Shown: in pieces, positions 1 to 14,100 of the stretch
Layout of the letters: each line of letters starts with the position of its first letter
Position numbering within the stretch: the first letter of the stretch is position 1
Source of the DNA: Malacoraja senta
Taxonomy: Eukaryota
Reading direction: 5' to 3'
Length of the DNA stretch: 64,000 bases
Assembly (NCBI GenBank): GCA_038087875.1
Contig: CM075989.1
Location: forward strand, 13,580,001-13,644,000
Made by a program: the position numbers and the translations under genes
The notes under the pieces: model-generated
Databases searched by the model: none
What the model saw: only the letters and a program-made list of their open reading frames with translations
Told to the model about the DNA's origin: nothing

Positions 1-481
1 CTTGCCCATTTAAGTGTCTGTTTAAATTATTTTTAAACACAGTACAGGCTCTCTCTGGGTTACTAACACCTGGCTTTGGGATGCCTGTATATTCAAATGA
101 GCTCCCATAAATATTAAATTCGAACAAGAACTGGTCTTGGAAAATAAAACCTGTGTGTGTGTAAACTCCTGCAATAATCAGACACCATTGTCTCAAGAAC
201 ACAACTGGCTGCCAGTTTCAGTGCTCACTTAAATGATTTGCTCGGGGAATTGACCAGCAATTGCTTCTATTGAATCTTGTGCAAAAATATCCTATTGAAC
301 AATGCACATGCACTGATTCTTTAAGCCTATTGAAACCCACCATTGGGTGTGGTACATCCTGATTCTGTACAATTGTAATTAGACAGGGGAAGACAATCAA
401 TAAATGTTTATTTTGCTTGGACATCATCAACACCATTACAATACTGTCAAAACATGGTCATGGTAGAAGTGATTTTAGTGC

Positions 482-1930
482 ATTTTATTTTTATTTTTTT
501 ATTTTATTTATTAGAAGTACATTACATTACAACAAATTACATAAGTACTCATCACGTATATCTTATTACAATTAATGTACATCATTTTAAAAAACTAATA
601 AAGAGAGAAGGTTGAAATTAAGAAAGAAGAGAAAGTGAGGGAAAATAGTGAAAGTGTAAAAACGTGTCAACAGGAAAGGACAGAGACCCTGTAGAAAAGA
701 GATTGGAAAGAAAAGATTAAGAGATAGACCCTAAAGAAGAAAAAAAAGAGAAAGAAGAGAAAAGAGAAGCATAAGTACTTTATTATGAGCATCTCGCAAA
801 TGGGGTATACCAACTCACCACCTTTCATCCCCCTTTACCTGACATCGGTACTTTTTAAAGTACTTTTGCACCTTATGTTTGTAATAGTTCTATAAATGCA
901 GATGGAAGTGATCTGATTTGCCTGCCAGGAGGAGTCTTATCTCTTCTAAGTGTAATGTTTCAAACATATTTGAAATCCACATGTTTATAGTTGGTATTGG
1001 GGCGTTTTTCCAGAATTTTAGGATAAGCTTTTTTCCAGTTATTAACCCGTAATCAACTAATTTCTTTTGAAACATATTTAGTTCAGGGCTATCTTCCGTT
1101 GTTCCGAAGATAATCCATTCTGCTTTTGGTGTCAGTTTTATTTTAAATAATATTGTAAAGATTTCAAAAATTTCAATCCAAAATTTTTGAATTTTTGTAC
1201 AAAAAACAAATGTGTGCGCTATCGCAAATAGATGATACATTGGGGAACATTTTATTAATTTTAGTTTTTGAATAATATCTGTGTAAAATTTTGAATTGTA
1301 TTAAAGTGTGTCTTACATTAATCGAGCATTTATGCACATTTAATAAATGTTCATTCCACTTTTCTTTTGAAATTTTAATAGCTAATTCTTGTTCCCAGTC
1401 TCTTCTAATACCTTCCGTAGATGGTATTCTACATTTAAGATAATACTATACAAATACGATATTAAGTTTGCTGATTCAGCTTTTATCTGCATTGCTTCGT
1501 CCAGTACATCTGCTGGGATATTATAATGATCTTTTGTATATTTTTTCAAATAGTCACATATTTGAAAATATTTAAAATATTGATTATTTCCCAGTTTATA
1601 TTTTATTTGTAATTGTTGGAATGATAGTAATTTTCCAGTTTCATACAAGTCTCCGAACATTTTAATTCCTAGTCTATCCCATTGTATAAATGATTTGTCT
1701 GTAATAGAGGGATTAAACGAAGGGTTATTAACTATTGGAGATAAAAGCGATAGATTTCTTAATTTTAAATTTTGTTTTATTTGTTTCCAAGTTCTGATTG
1801 TACTATGTATAATTGGGTTTTTGTTATAATTTATGTTATTCAGTTTCATTGGTGAGAGGAGGATCGCTCCAATATTACAAGAGGAGCAGTCCTCTCTCTC
1901 CATTTTAGTGCATTTTCTGATGTGGACAAA
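482..1930 (-). mobile_element. 5'-truncated, degenerate L1/Tx1-type LINE (ORF2 C-terminal region and A-rich tail)
   Basis: ORFs 1382..1936 and 890..1240 resemble L1-clade ORF2 C-termini (W..LGI....DL, FFxYxQ-like, CxKIxxFW, KKLILKFWK); A-rich tail at about 482-512 on the - strand. Confidence 0.7.
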
Positions 1931-4900
1931 TGTCACTTATGGACGTCTGTAAAATGGAATCAATTCATAACACAAGGACGACATTTAACTGTACCTGATT
2001 TCCAACTCCTCTGGCAGAGCATTTCAGATTTTAAACACTGTTTAAAATAACTTGCCCCTAAGTTGCATAGTCTTTTAAACGGAGTTGGGGAATCAAGAAC
2101 CAGAGAACATAGGTTTAAGATGATGGGGGGAAGATTTAATAAGAACCTGAATGGCAATTTTTTCACCCAGTGTTGGGTATATGGAATGAGCTGCCAGAGG
2201 GTGTTGTTGAGGCAGGTACTATACCAATATTTAAAAGACATTTGGACATGTACTTGTATAGAAAAGGTTTGGAAGGATAAGGACCCAACAGGGGCAGGTA
2301 GGACTTGTGCAGATGGGGCATCTTAGTTGCCATGGGCAAGTTAGGCCGAAGGGCCTGTTATGGCTCTATGATTAACTATGAAATGCACTGCAGTTACTTG
2401 CCTCTGCTGCTCTAACAGCACCTCCAAAATCCATGTCCATTATCCCTGAAAAGGACAAGGGCAGCAGGTGCATGGGAATCTAGCACATGCGATTTCTGCA
2501 CCAAGTTTGTCACCATCCTAATTTGGAAATGTATTGCCAGCTCTTCTTCATCATGGAGTACGACTTCGAATTTCCTACTAAACAGCATTGTGGGAGTAGC
2601 CATATTCACAATTTGATGTGGTTGGTCTACAGCACTCTAATCTGATCCCTCGCTTAGCTCTGTCTATTATGGTGTTTTGCATGGAGTTTGGTTTGCGGGT
2701 ACCCTATGCGGCTTCTAGGCTAGCACCTCTTTTTTTTAGGTAGACACAAAATGCTGGAGTAACAGTGGGACAGGCAGCATCTCTGGAGAGGAGGAATGGG
2801 TGACATTTCGGGTCGAGACCCTTCTCCAGAGATGTTGCCTGTACCCCAGCATATTGTGTGTACCTTTGATTTAAACCAGCATCTGCAGTTCTTTCCTACA
2901 TCTTTTGTTAGGTGTATCTGGTGCTTCTCCCAGCATGTTCATCTGCACTCATTGAACTATGATTTATCCTCTTGTTTGAGTAACAGTAGAATGAAGGATA
3001 TGCTAGGCAAAGGGGTGATAATTTGTGTTTGTATATATTTCTGCTGTGGCTTATAGACAATAGACAATAGGTGCAGGAGTAGGCCATTTGGCCCTTCGAG
3101 CCAGCACCGCCATTCAATGTGATCATGGCTGATCATCCCCAATCAGTACCCCGTTCCTGCCTTCTCCCCATATCCCCTGACTCAGCTATTTTTAAGAGCC
3201 CTATCTATCTCTCTCTTGAAAGCATCCAGAGAACCCGCCTCCACCGCCCTCTGAGGCAGAGAATTCCACTTATGGTCTATAGCATCTTGCACATGCCAAA
3301 TTTTAGTCATTGAGTAATGCAACATGGAATCAGGCCATTTGGCCCACCATGTCCATGCTGACTAGTGGGTGCCCATTCCTATTAATTAAATCATCCAGTG
3401 CTTGGACCATACCCTTCTATGACTAGGTGTTTTAACTGATAGTTTAGACACAATACTGTCAGCGACTCTGCTTTCACTACTCTCTCTACTCTCTCAGTGT
3501 ATTCCAGGTTCCCACCACTCTGAGTGAAAAAGATCCCTGTAACATCCCCTCTAAATCTCTTCCGCATTACTATAAATCTGTCCTCTAGTTTAATTTGCCT
3601 CTGAGGTGGCAAGTTTCCAAGAGTCTTTCCTATCTATAAACCTTTGCAAATTTGATATACTTCAATCATATCCTCTCTTAACCTTCATTTCTCCAATCTT
3701 GCATATCGGAAATGCTCTATCCCGGGCAACATCCTGATAGATCTCCATGGCACCCTTTCCAGGGCTATCACATCTTTGGAGCTGCTCAATCTGAGTCTAT
3801 CCCATCTAGCAAGTTTGTGCTGATGCCCAACATGATGGATGGCTCATTTTGTGAGAAGCTAGAACCATGTCTCAGTGAGGGTAGTGTGATAGGATTGGCA
3901 AAAATGACCATTGTAGACAGATGTATCTGCCACAAGAGGATTAGCGAGTCAGATGTCCAGTAGGGTTATCCTTCTTATTGTTTCTGCCACTATCCACTGC
4001 AAATTGGCAGCTGATGCCTTCAGGAATAAAAATAGAAACTGTGGGAAATGCTCAGCAAGTTGGGCAGGATGTGTAGGAAATGAAATGATTGACATTTCAG
4101 GTTAAATACCTTTTGTCAGAACTGGGAAAAGGGGATTATAAATTTGGAAATACCTAGCAGGTCAGGCAGTGCCAATGGGGAGGGGGGAAAGCTAAGCCAA
4201 TAGCACAGTTGGATGGCTGTTAATAGAAAAAGCCAATTCCGATATAGATAGAAAGCAAGGAACCTGAATTTGTAGAATTCTATGTGAAATATGAGTGGTT
4301 GTGTTGTGCCCAGTAGGAGGATGAAGTTCTGTTCCTCTGCCTTGCATTGGGCTTGCCTTTACAGTGCAGGACTCCAGAACCAACACCAGGTCAGAGTAGG
4401 AGTTAGATGGAGAATTTGGAGACTGCAGGAATGGACTTGCTTTCTATGTCAGATCAGGCGAGGTTGTCCATCTGTGATGTTGGCTCAGTTATCTTTCTCC
4501 ATTAGCACAGCTTGGCCTACTGGGCATTTCCTAAAGGTCTTTTTTTCGCAGCTTGTATGTTCCTTGGTTCTAATCCTCCAACTGCTTTTCTTTTGTGCTT
4601 TTATGTGTCTGCTTCTGCTGTCTCCGTCTACAATGTTTCCCAAGGCAATCCATCCCTCTGCCACCAGTATTTATTTTCTCCCTTTCAGTTTCAACCTGAA
4701 ATGTTACCTCTGTTTCTCTTTCTACAGATGCTGCCTGTACTACTGAGTGTTCCTGGCATTTTCTATTTTGTATCAAAATTGCTGCAGCTTTTCAATGTTC
4801 ATATTCTTTTTGCCTTGTTGTACTGTTCATTTTGGCAGTAATTCAGACCATTGTCTTGCAGTGTATTCCTCCCTTAACTAATCCCTCCTTCCTACCTTGT

Positions 4901-5131
4901 CTCAAATTAGCTTGTGTGCAAGTTGATAACTTGCTGAACTGCTTTGAAATATCCTTGGAGCATGTGAAACTGTTGATTCAGGTTGAAGTGCTAGTAGACT
5001 GAGAAGCCATGTTGTTTTTAAGTAGACTTTGAACTAAAAAATTGAGTTTGACATAATTGCTTTGTCTTTAAATCTGATTTATTATATGATTGCATTTCAA
5101 GCCTTTAATGCTATAAATTTGCTTATTTCAG

Positions 5132-5186
5132 TCAAAGGTGTCAAGAGATCTCAGTGATGCCATTGATTGAAGCAGGATTCACACGG
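5132..5186 (+). CDS. PDE8: PDE8 exon ([18 protein letters not shown])
   Basis: tttcag acceptor, GTAGGT donor; resembles PDE8A SVMPFISAGFTR. Confidence 0.85.
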
Positions 5187-8100
5187 GTAGGTTATAGTCT
5201 TTGTTTCTATCCTTTGGCCGTTTCTATCCTTTGTGCACGGGGTATAATGCTGTGGAATACTGGTGATAGCCCAGCTGCAGCAGTTGCGACTACTTAAAAC
5301 CAGGATCTACACTCTGCAATACGACAGGTCACCCAAAATTCCAGCAGGGTATAGGCTGTAAGATTGCTTATAATGTGGTAGTAGATGCACGGTTACCATT
5401 CTTCACTCACTTTTCATGGTTCCTATGCTATTGTGCAGTAATTGCAGGGATGGGGTTAGTTAATTTGGGTAACAGATTTTAATTGTTGAGTTCCTATGTA
5501 TCAAGACTTAATGGTCCAGTTAAATAACTTGGAATTTAATATATACATTTGCAATATTTTTGTGGTCCCCTCTTCATTTAGGTGCTGTAGTGATACGAGT
5601 GAGCCAAGTGTTGCTGGTTGGGACTCTTATTTACTTCTTGTCAAACGTTTTATTAATGTTTAAAAATGAATTACAATTCCCTTGTGTATCAAATATAATG
5701 GATTTTCATTCTAAATTTTTGATATTCCAATTTTTAGATCATGTATATTTAAGATCTTTAGCTAAAAATATTTTAAATTTAAAAATTGTGTTTTATTTTT
5801 GTTTCTCCTTGGTTTACTGCCTGTAAATGTGATTGGCTGCTCAATCAGTTTGATATCATTTGAGCTGGCAGCAACTGATGTGAAATATGCATGCCAAAGA
5901 TCGTGATATTTTTATGGGAAACATATCTTGGGTCAGCAGGTAGTGGCATTGCTTTCCTGCTGACAACAAAATCTAGTCCATTAACTTAGTTCTTTTGAAC
6001 ATTTATCTGTCTGCAAAATCTGTCTACAGATCCTGTTTTCCTCATAATATCAGGCAGCATTTCATCTCGTATCCACCCACTAGTAATAATAACACTGAAT
6101 TGCTGCCTTTATGATCATGATTTTTACATTTATAACCTGTAATCACTATTAACTATTAGAAATATTTCTTCCCCATTTTCACTAATAATATTCTAACTTT
6201 GTGGGGCTGCCTGAGCTCTGGCAAAGTGTGTTCTCACTTTTCTAATCTTTCCTCAGCTGAACTATCTCCAGGGTGATTATTTCAAGGGCGATTGATTGTG
6301 CTCATGATGTTCAGGACCATTGTAAACTTAAGTCGATAACTTCAATATTTATCAGGCAGAATTTTTGTTGAGTAGTTTCACTGATGTGTGCAATAAAAAC
6401 AGCTTTTTATTCCCCACGAGCGGCAGCTCTACTCAACAGCCAACAGTCTGTGGTCTCCTTTTGCTCTGGTATTTTATTTTATTCTTCACATGTTTAAGTT
6501 ATAATGTTTTATTTTTAATTGTCTACTGTATATCGTGTTGTTATCCTTGCGAGCAAAGCACCAAGGCAAATTCCTTGTATGTATACATACTTGGCTAATA
6601 AAATTAATTCAATTCAATACATTTTTCTTCCCAGTGGTATGCTGAAAATTCCAGTCCCATTGCTTGTTATAATGAACTCATCCAGTTGGAGTTTGGAGAA
6701 GTCCGTGCACAATTTAAACTGAGGTACTTCATTGCTTCATTGAGTTATGGTGTTGATGATTGAATAGCATATGAACCATACTAATAATTCAGCTCAATGT
6801 GTAAAGCTTCAGTTGTTCTCTCTGTGAATTCTCCACAATTCTTCGTCTCACATTCAAACTTTCTGCTCTACTATTGATCATCAATGCTAAAGATGATGCC
6901 TGGGTAGATCACATATACAACTATCCCAGGGGTGGCTCATGCGTGTTCATCCCAAGTACATATTTTCCATTTCTTGTAAAACACTGTTGTCTGACCCTGC
7001 CAGTGGGATTGAGTGGAAAAGGAGTGATGTCAGTGCAAGATTTCCTGTGGTAGCTACAGAAATTTCTGGCTGCACTCAGCAGGTCTGGCCACATCAGTAG
7101 GAAGAGAATCCAACGCTTCAGATTGATGACCATTTCTCAGATTAGATTGACAGCATCTGCAATTTAAGGATAAGGGGGAAATCTTTTAGGACCGAGATGA
7201 GGAAAACATTTTTCACACAGAGAGTGGTGAATCTCTGGAATTCTCTGCCACAGAAGGTAATTGAGGTCAGTTCATTGGCTATATTTAAGAGGGAGTTAGA
7301 TGTGGCCCTTGTGGCTAAAGGGATCAGGGGGTATGGAGAGAAAGCAGGTACAGGATACTGAGTTGGATGATGAGCCATGATCATATTGAATGGCGGTGCA
7401 GGCTCGAAGGGCCGAATGGCCTACTCCTGCACCTATTTTCTATGTTTCTATGCAATGTTTTAGTGTTTTTTTCTGACATAGTCACCAGTTCTAAATGGAA
7501 TATAGAATAAAAATAGGCCTCTCAAGCATGTTCTACCCTGTGAATCATGTTAACTTGACTGTACCTTGATTTGGCTACCTGGATTGGTCCCACATATTTT
7601 AACAATCTAACAAAAGTCTATCATTATCAGTGCTGGAACTTTCAATTGGGGAAACAACCAAAGTGCAACAATTAGTTCATCAAAGACCATTCATGATTCA
7701 GTTTATGCTATGAAAATTCATTTAACTTAAAATGAAATTATGTAGTGGATATGATCAGGCCACTGGTCATTCCCTCCCCTTCCCCCAATACACCAACTGT
7801 TTTCCAGAACTTCTGGCAGAGGCTGATGAACATTACCAGAACAGGGGCTTGGCACTCTGCAGGTTCATTCCTGGAAGCAGGGTCTATTCCAGGCTAGGCA
7901 GATCAAATTAATAAATGCTATACGTCGTCCAGTTAGTAGCAGCTCGATTATAGCAATAACGCAATGTTCTGTGGCTCAGCCTGAGAAGACCTACTTGTCG
8001 AAGTGATCAATCGAAATTAACGGGTAACGGGGCAATTCTTGCTCTTGAAAGTTGTGTCTTCTTATCCCCCCATCTTAGCAAGATCAAGAAAATATTCTGT

Positions 8101-11100
8101 TTTAGAAATACATCATATACAAGTAAAAATATTGAAAAATCTATTCACTGGTCCCCATTAGTTTCTTGCAGAGGTTCCACAAAACATGGATAATCTGCTT
8201 GATACTGTCTGAGCTTATTAAAGATAATACATTTGCTCCCCCCATCTTTTTTTCTCTCTCTCAGGGCATCCTGTGCAATCTTCACAGCTTTGGACCAATG
8301 CCAAGAGTCAATAGAAATTACAAGCAACGATAATATTATTCAGGTCAGTTGCTAATTTAGAGCCTTTGGCGTCTTCTTGCCCTTCTTTTTGGTAGCAACA
8401 ACATATATTCGCAAATTCCAATGATCAGTTTGCTTAGCTTTTGGACTTTAAATTCAAAATCGTACATAATTATTTGAAGATAATAGTAATTAATAACCAA
8501 TATGTTAAATAGTGCAATTTAAACTAAATGCAGCCAGGCAGCAGTTAACACTTCAGGTTCATGACTGAAAGGTAATCGGCCAAAATATCAACATTTGTTC
8601 TCATAATTGGAGTCTTCTGTTCGCTGACCATTCTCATCCTTCTGTCTGGGGTGTAATTCAAAAGTGTGACAATTTTGGTTTAAACATTTCAGAAATTTGG
8701 CAGCATTCTTATCTGAATTGAAATTTGTAGTTTTAACCTTAAGTGGAAAATCTTTGAAATTCAGTGAAATAATCCATTGCAGCTGTAAAGGAGAGTTGCC
8801 TTATGGGTTGCATCCTTTAGATCAGATATTGACACCATATTGTGTTGGACTATCCCACTGAATTCCTCTGATCTTAAAGCACAGTAAAGGATTCCTTATT
8901 TGTGCTTTGGAGTGTTCCTTGTCAACAACAAAATAATGTTGGATTGGACATTCATCTCTACTTCTTGAGATTTCACAGTAAACTTGTTTTAGACTTTGCT
9001 AGTGTAATGGTAATTACTTCATAGCAATTGTGTGTAAAATGCCTCCAGTAGTGTGCAGGTCATTTAATTAATTAAGTGCTTGTTAAACAATCTTGGCTTT
9101 AGCCTTGATTTTGTTTGTGGGGGAATGCCCGGACTGATTGCGTGACAAGACCATGTTGTTGGGTGGGGTTTTGAAGATAATCTAGCTGTATGATTGACTT
9201 ATTCCAAGCACCTAGCCAGGTGATGCTCTGCATACATTTCTTTCTTGTTTTAATCATGTTGCTATTTTCATGTATTAGAATGCAATTTCTCCCTGCAGTA
9301 AGACGCCAGTGGCAGCATTCGAATGACATGACAATCAACTTTGTAGGTGTTGCTGAGGCCAATGGCAGTCATGCTTCTCAACTAATCTTAGTTTATCCAG
9401 TGATTCAGAAGTAGGCACGGCCCCCATGCTGCTGAATACAGACTGGATGTATCACATTACCTGATATTTGTTCTGGAAAGAAGCCAGAAACATTCTTCAG
9501 TTTATTCCCTCATTTCTTGGCAAAAACTGGAAATGTTGGAAGATCTTTTATGGCCGAATGTGGGCATACAGATCCAAGGCGGGTAAAATGCGTAGAAAGG
9601 AACTGCAGATGCTGGTTTATACCGAAGATAGACACAAAGTGCTGGAGTAAATCAGTGGGTCAGGCAACATCTCTGGGGGGAAAAAAGGATGGGTGTCCTT
9701 TTGGGTCAGGACCCTTCTTCAGACTTGCTCAATGCGGGTAAATTGAATTAGAGTAGATTGGCAGAAAGGTTGGCAATGAACATGGTAGGCCAAAGAACCT
9801 ATACTATGCGAACCGGATTAATCTAGCCAGAATTGAAACTTTAAAGCTAGAGTCATGTTACTGAAGAAACTTCCGTCCTTTAAAAATGGAGACCTGACCC
9901 CTATGTGTTGAATGTAACTAACTATTATAGTCTACCTGTCTGATCTAAAGGTCCAATGAGCCAACTTTGCTTGTGTTCTGCAGTACGTGAACCCCACATT
10001 TGAAGGACTGATGGGTTACCAGAGAGAGGAATTGATAGGAAAGGAGTTAACGCAAGAGCCCACTAGCGATAAAAATAAAGCTGTTATGCCAATTAAGATC
10101 GACTGTTATAGTGAAGAAGGAAAGGTAAGTGTGATGATGTGACCAACTTGTGACCGTGGAAAATTGTTAGCATGGAAAGCCAATTATTGTTACTCCAGAG
10201 ATGGAGTAATGCTTGAGTAACTCAGCGGGTCGAGAAGCATCTCTGGAGAAAAGAAATAGGTGATGTTTTTTTGGGTCGAGACCTTTCATCTGCCTGGGTG
10301 TCAGGGAGGGACTCCGGATATCTCTAGCACATTCGGATCCTTGAGACTGGTTTTACTGAAGCTATCTGTCAGGGTGTCTGTGGTTACTGGTGATTGTATG
10401 ACAAATGAAATATAACTCGACCGAGGTTATGAGTAATTTATTGAGAGCCAGTCTAATTGAGAGTTCAGAGGAAGTTTAAAAAAAGGAAATAAAAGGGGTA
10501 TTGCGGAAATGCTCAGTAAAATGAAATTCAAAAATCTTCTCAATAAACAAATAGCGAAAAGATTGGAGATAATGTTGGGGGAAAAAGCTGCATTAAATGC
10601 AGTGTGTGCTATTTACAAAATGCGCTGCAGTTACTTGCCGAGATCACTCTGACAGCACCTCCTAAACTTGAGACTTCCACCACCAAGAAGAACAAGAGCA
10701 TATACATGGGGATGCCTGCTGTTTTCCTTTAATGCACACCATCTTGATTGAGAAATATCTTGTGTTTCTTCATTATTTGCTGGCTCTCGATCCTAGAACC
10801 CCCCCAAATCCACAGCACTGTGGGTGGGCCAGGACTGAGGTAGTTCATGAACATATGACCAGGCCCTGCTTGACCATGCCTCTGCTGGTATAGTGTACGT
10901 TGTTCTGATCATCACACCAGTAGGAAAGTTGCAACTGCGCAGAAAATTTACCAGGAAGTTGTCTGTGATGGACTTCTAGGAGGGCAGTGAGAATTTTTTT
11001 CCCCCCTTTGCAGAGATGTAAATATCCAGAGGTAAGGGGTGGCGAGATGGAAAGATTTGAGGATTTTTGTTTTCATCCACAGATTGATTGAAATATAGCA

Positions 11101-14100
11101 CATACTGCCAGAGGGTGGGGTGGAGGCAGGTACTCTTGCAGCATTTAAGTGGTTTTTAGTTGAGCACTTGAAACACTATGGTGTAGAATGTCATGGGCGA
11201 AGTGGGGAGAAAATTGGGTTAATCTAGTTAGTCTAGATGGCAAAGGGGCATTTCTTGCTGTGTGATGATGTCTCTGTATGTAAGGCAGTACCATTTCCTT
11301 GAGGGAAGTGGTGATAGGCAATAAATCCTGCAATTGCCAACAATGCCCTGAGCCAGAAGAATAAATATAGTTACTCTGTGCGGAGGTGGGTAAATTACTA
11401 GACTAGAATAGGACTGGTTTAACAATCCAGGGAGACAAGTTCAGATCCCACTATGTCACCTCAGGAATTTAATTAATTTAGTCAATCATAATGCTGGTAA
11501 ACGCAGAGCTCATAGATTGCAGTAAATAATCATCCTTCATGACCTTTATGGGAGGAGGTCTGCCATTTTATTTTTATCCAGCGTGGTCTGTGTATGGTTC
11601 CAAACCACGTCAATGTGGTTGGCTCTTAAAAGTCCTCCTGAAATATCCTAGTAAGCCATCCATTAGAGGCAAGTAGGGTGGTGCAGTGACATCCACAAAA
11701 TGAAAAATGAAAAATAAATTCCAGCAGTAGATCTTTTAGTTAAGTTTGCTCCTGGTGTGTGGAGGAGTTTCAGGTTGGCAGGAGGGAAGGTTTTCTGAGG
11801 GCATTTTTCATAAATATATGACATCACGATGGGTCGATGGGTCCGGTAAATGGATAGTAACTGTTCCCATCAACAGAATGATCAAGAACTAGAGGACTAG
11901 GATTAAAAGTGAACAACCTTTGGTGATAGTGAAGGCAGAGTCAATTTTCATGCTTTCTAAAAGAAGCTGGATACATTTTTGAAAGGAAAAGTTGCAGCTT
12001 TATGGGGCAAGGCAGAATTGCTGAAGTCATTTAGCTGTTGTACTTCAGCATTGACAGCAGAATTTTGCACTTGTGTGAGGAATTCCCCTTGCATCAATGG
12101 CAGGAAAATGCACTTCACTGTTGTAACTGAATTCATAAATTCCTGGTTGACACTATCTCTGCTTGTGACTTTACAGCAATGGCAAGGATTGTACTATGGG
12201 AGAAAGAAAAATGGAGAAAGCATTTGCCAAAATATGAAGACAACGCCTGTCATAGGACAGGGAGGGTGAGTGCAATGTGTTTGCTAATAGACATTTTATA
12301 TTTTTTTAATTTAAGTTTCCATGGTGTATTGGAGACACGGGCGAGGTATCATTAACAGACCCGGGGTGTATTGACGTTTCATTATCACGTGACCTCTGTT
12401 GGCCCAGGAAAACAGATAATCCTTGAAAGGTTCTGGCACCGAACGTGCTGGAAAATTGGTATTCAACCTGTACTCTGAGTTAAACCCGGGCAAACTGAAG
12501 GTTTGGGATATGATCCAGTGTAGCTGGTTAGAACTGATTGTAAACAGGGCACCTGCAAAGTATAGAAAAACTGAGTTGGTGCTTGACCCTGTGGGACTAA
12601 CCCGAGTTAAAACCTGATCTGGAACAGATGGAATTAGTAGTTTTTAATGGTTTCTGAAGCTATCTCCTGATTCAGGTTTAGTCGTACAGCATTGGAAACG
12701 GGCCCTTTGGGCCAAGTCGTCCATGCCCACCGAGATGCCTATCTAAGCTAATCCCATTTCCCTGCATTTCTAAAAAATAGGAACCTGAGGTTTATTGTTG
12801 CTTAACCACAGAGCACAATCTCCCAGAGGCCAGTTGCTATGTGCTGAGCTGTGCTTATCATTTGAGATGTCTGCTGCAGGAACTTGCAAATCTTCTAATT
12901 AGAACTTCTTTTCTTATTAGGAAAATTAGACACTATGTGTCTATTAAGACCCCATGTGAAAATAAGGTAGGTGTGTGAGATCTATGTATGCTTCCTTTTT
13001 CTTAGTTTTTTTTTTGCAACAATTTCCTTCATGTGATCATTGTCTTCTTTTACATTCTGAGGAATCGGAATCTTCTGATCGATTTCAGCTTGGGCTTCCA
13101 CCAGGTACTATGTTATTTAATTTCTTTCCCTCTGTGCTGTTACTTAGAATGATGTACCTGGTACAAAGGTCTTCATTAGAATAAAGAAGCACGTTAATTG
13201 ATGAATGAGGATTGTTCTCTACTTTGGCTCAGTACGAACTGTTGTACTTATCACAAATGATTTGTTTCTTGCTATCTGGAAATGTCTTTAGCTATTGCAA
13301 GATGGAAAGTGTGCTATTTGGTGGAGAGATGAGAGGATGTGATGCTGAAGTGGTTGAATGTAGCTGTATTTATCATTCCTCCCAGCTGTTATCAGATTAT
13401 TGATAAAAGATGGATGAATTGTGATCTCCCAATCTACCTCCTTGTAGCCCTTGCACTTTCTTATTCCACCTTCCCTGTAGTTATAACACTATTCTGTTTC
13501 CTTTCTCTTTTTGCACCACTTAAATACTTGTGCTTGGTTTGACTGTAGTCATGTATGGTATGATTTATCTCGTTCGCAAGCAAAACAGTTTTCAGTATCT
13601 CAGTACACATGACTATAATATACCATTACCATTCAGATAAAGACAGAGCACTGTTTTGTACAGATCTCCAGCCAAGGTCTGAAATTGATCTAAACTGGAG
13701 TTTATACAGTTTAATAGAAGAAATAAAACTTTTATGGTGAATGTCCTGATTTGTGTATTGAAGGTGGTATACCTATGATTTTTTTTTTAACATTGTCCAA
13801 CTTATGCATTGTTCTTAAAATTAAATGTATACTAATTTCCTCTTTGCCAATTGTTCTTGAATCTGATTCCCTGTCTTTTCTGGCACTACTTTTTAAGAGA
13901 AAACATTGCCTTTCATTTGGATCTTTGGCCAATTCCTTTCAGTCCTCTGGTTACTGACCCTCCTGCCACTGGAACCATGTCTTCATTTCCTGTAACAAAG
14001 TTCCATTGTTGGTCACAAATGTTAATGAGAAGCAGCACATTGGCGGTGATCAAGGAGCACTAGAGAGTTAACATTTGAGCTTTCCAATGCAGTGCCCAGT

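Noticed and set aside
3850..3910. SEGSVIGLAK as a possible preceding PDE8 exon
   Set aside because: Weak similarity and no convincing splice sites; upstream exons are probably outside the window.
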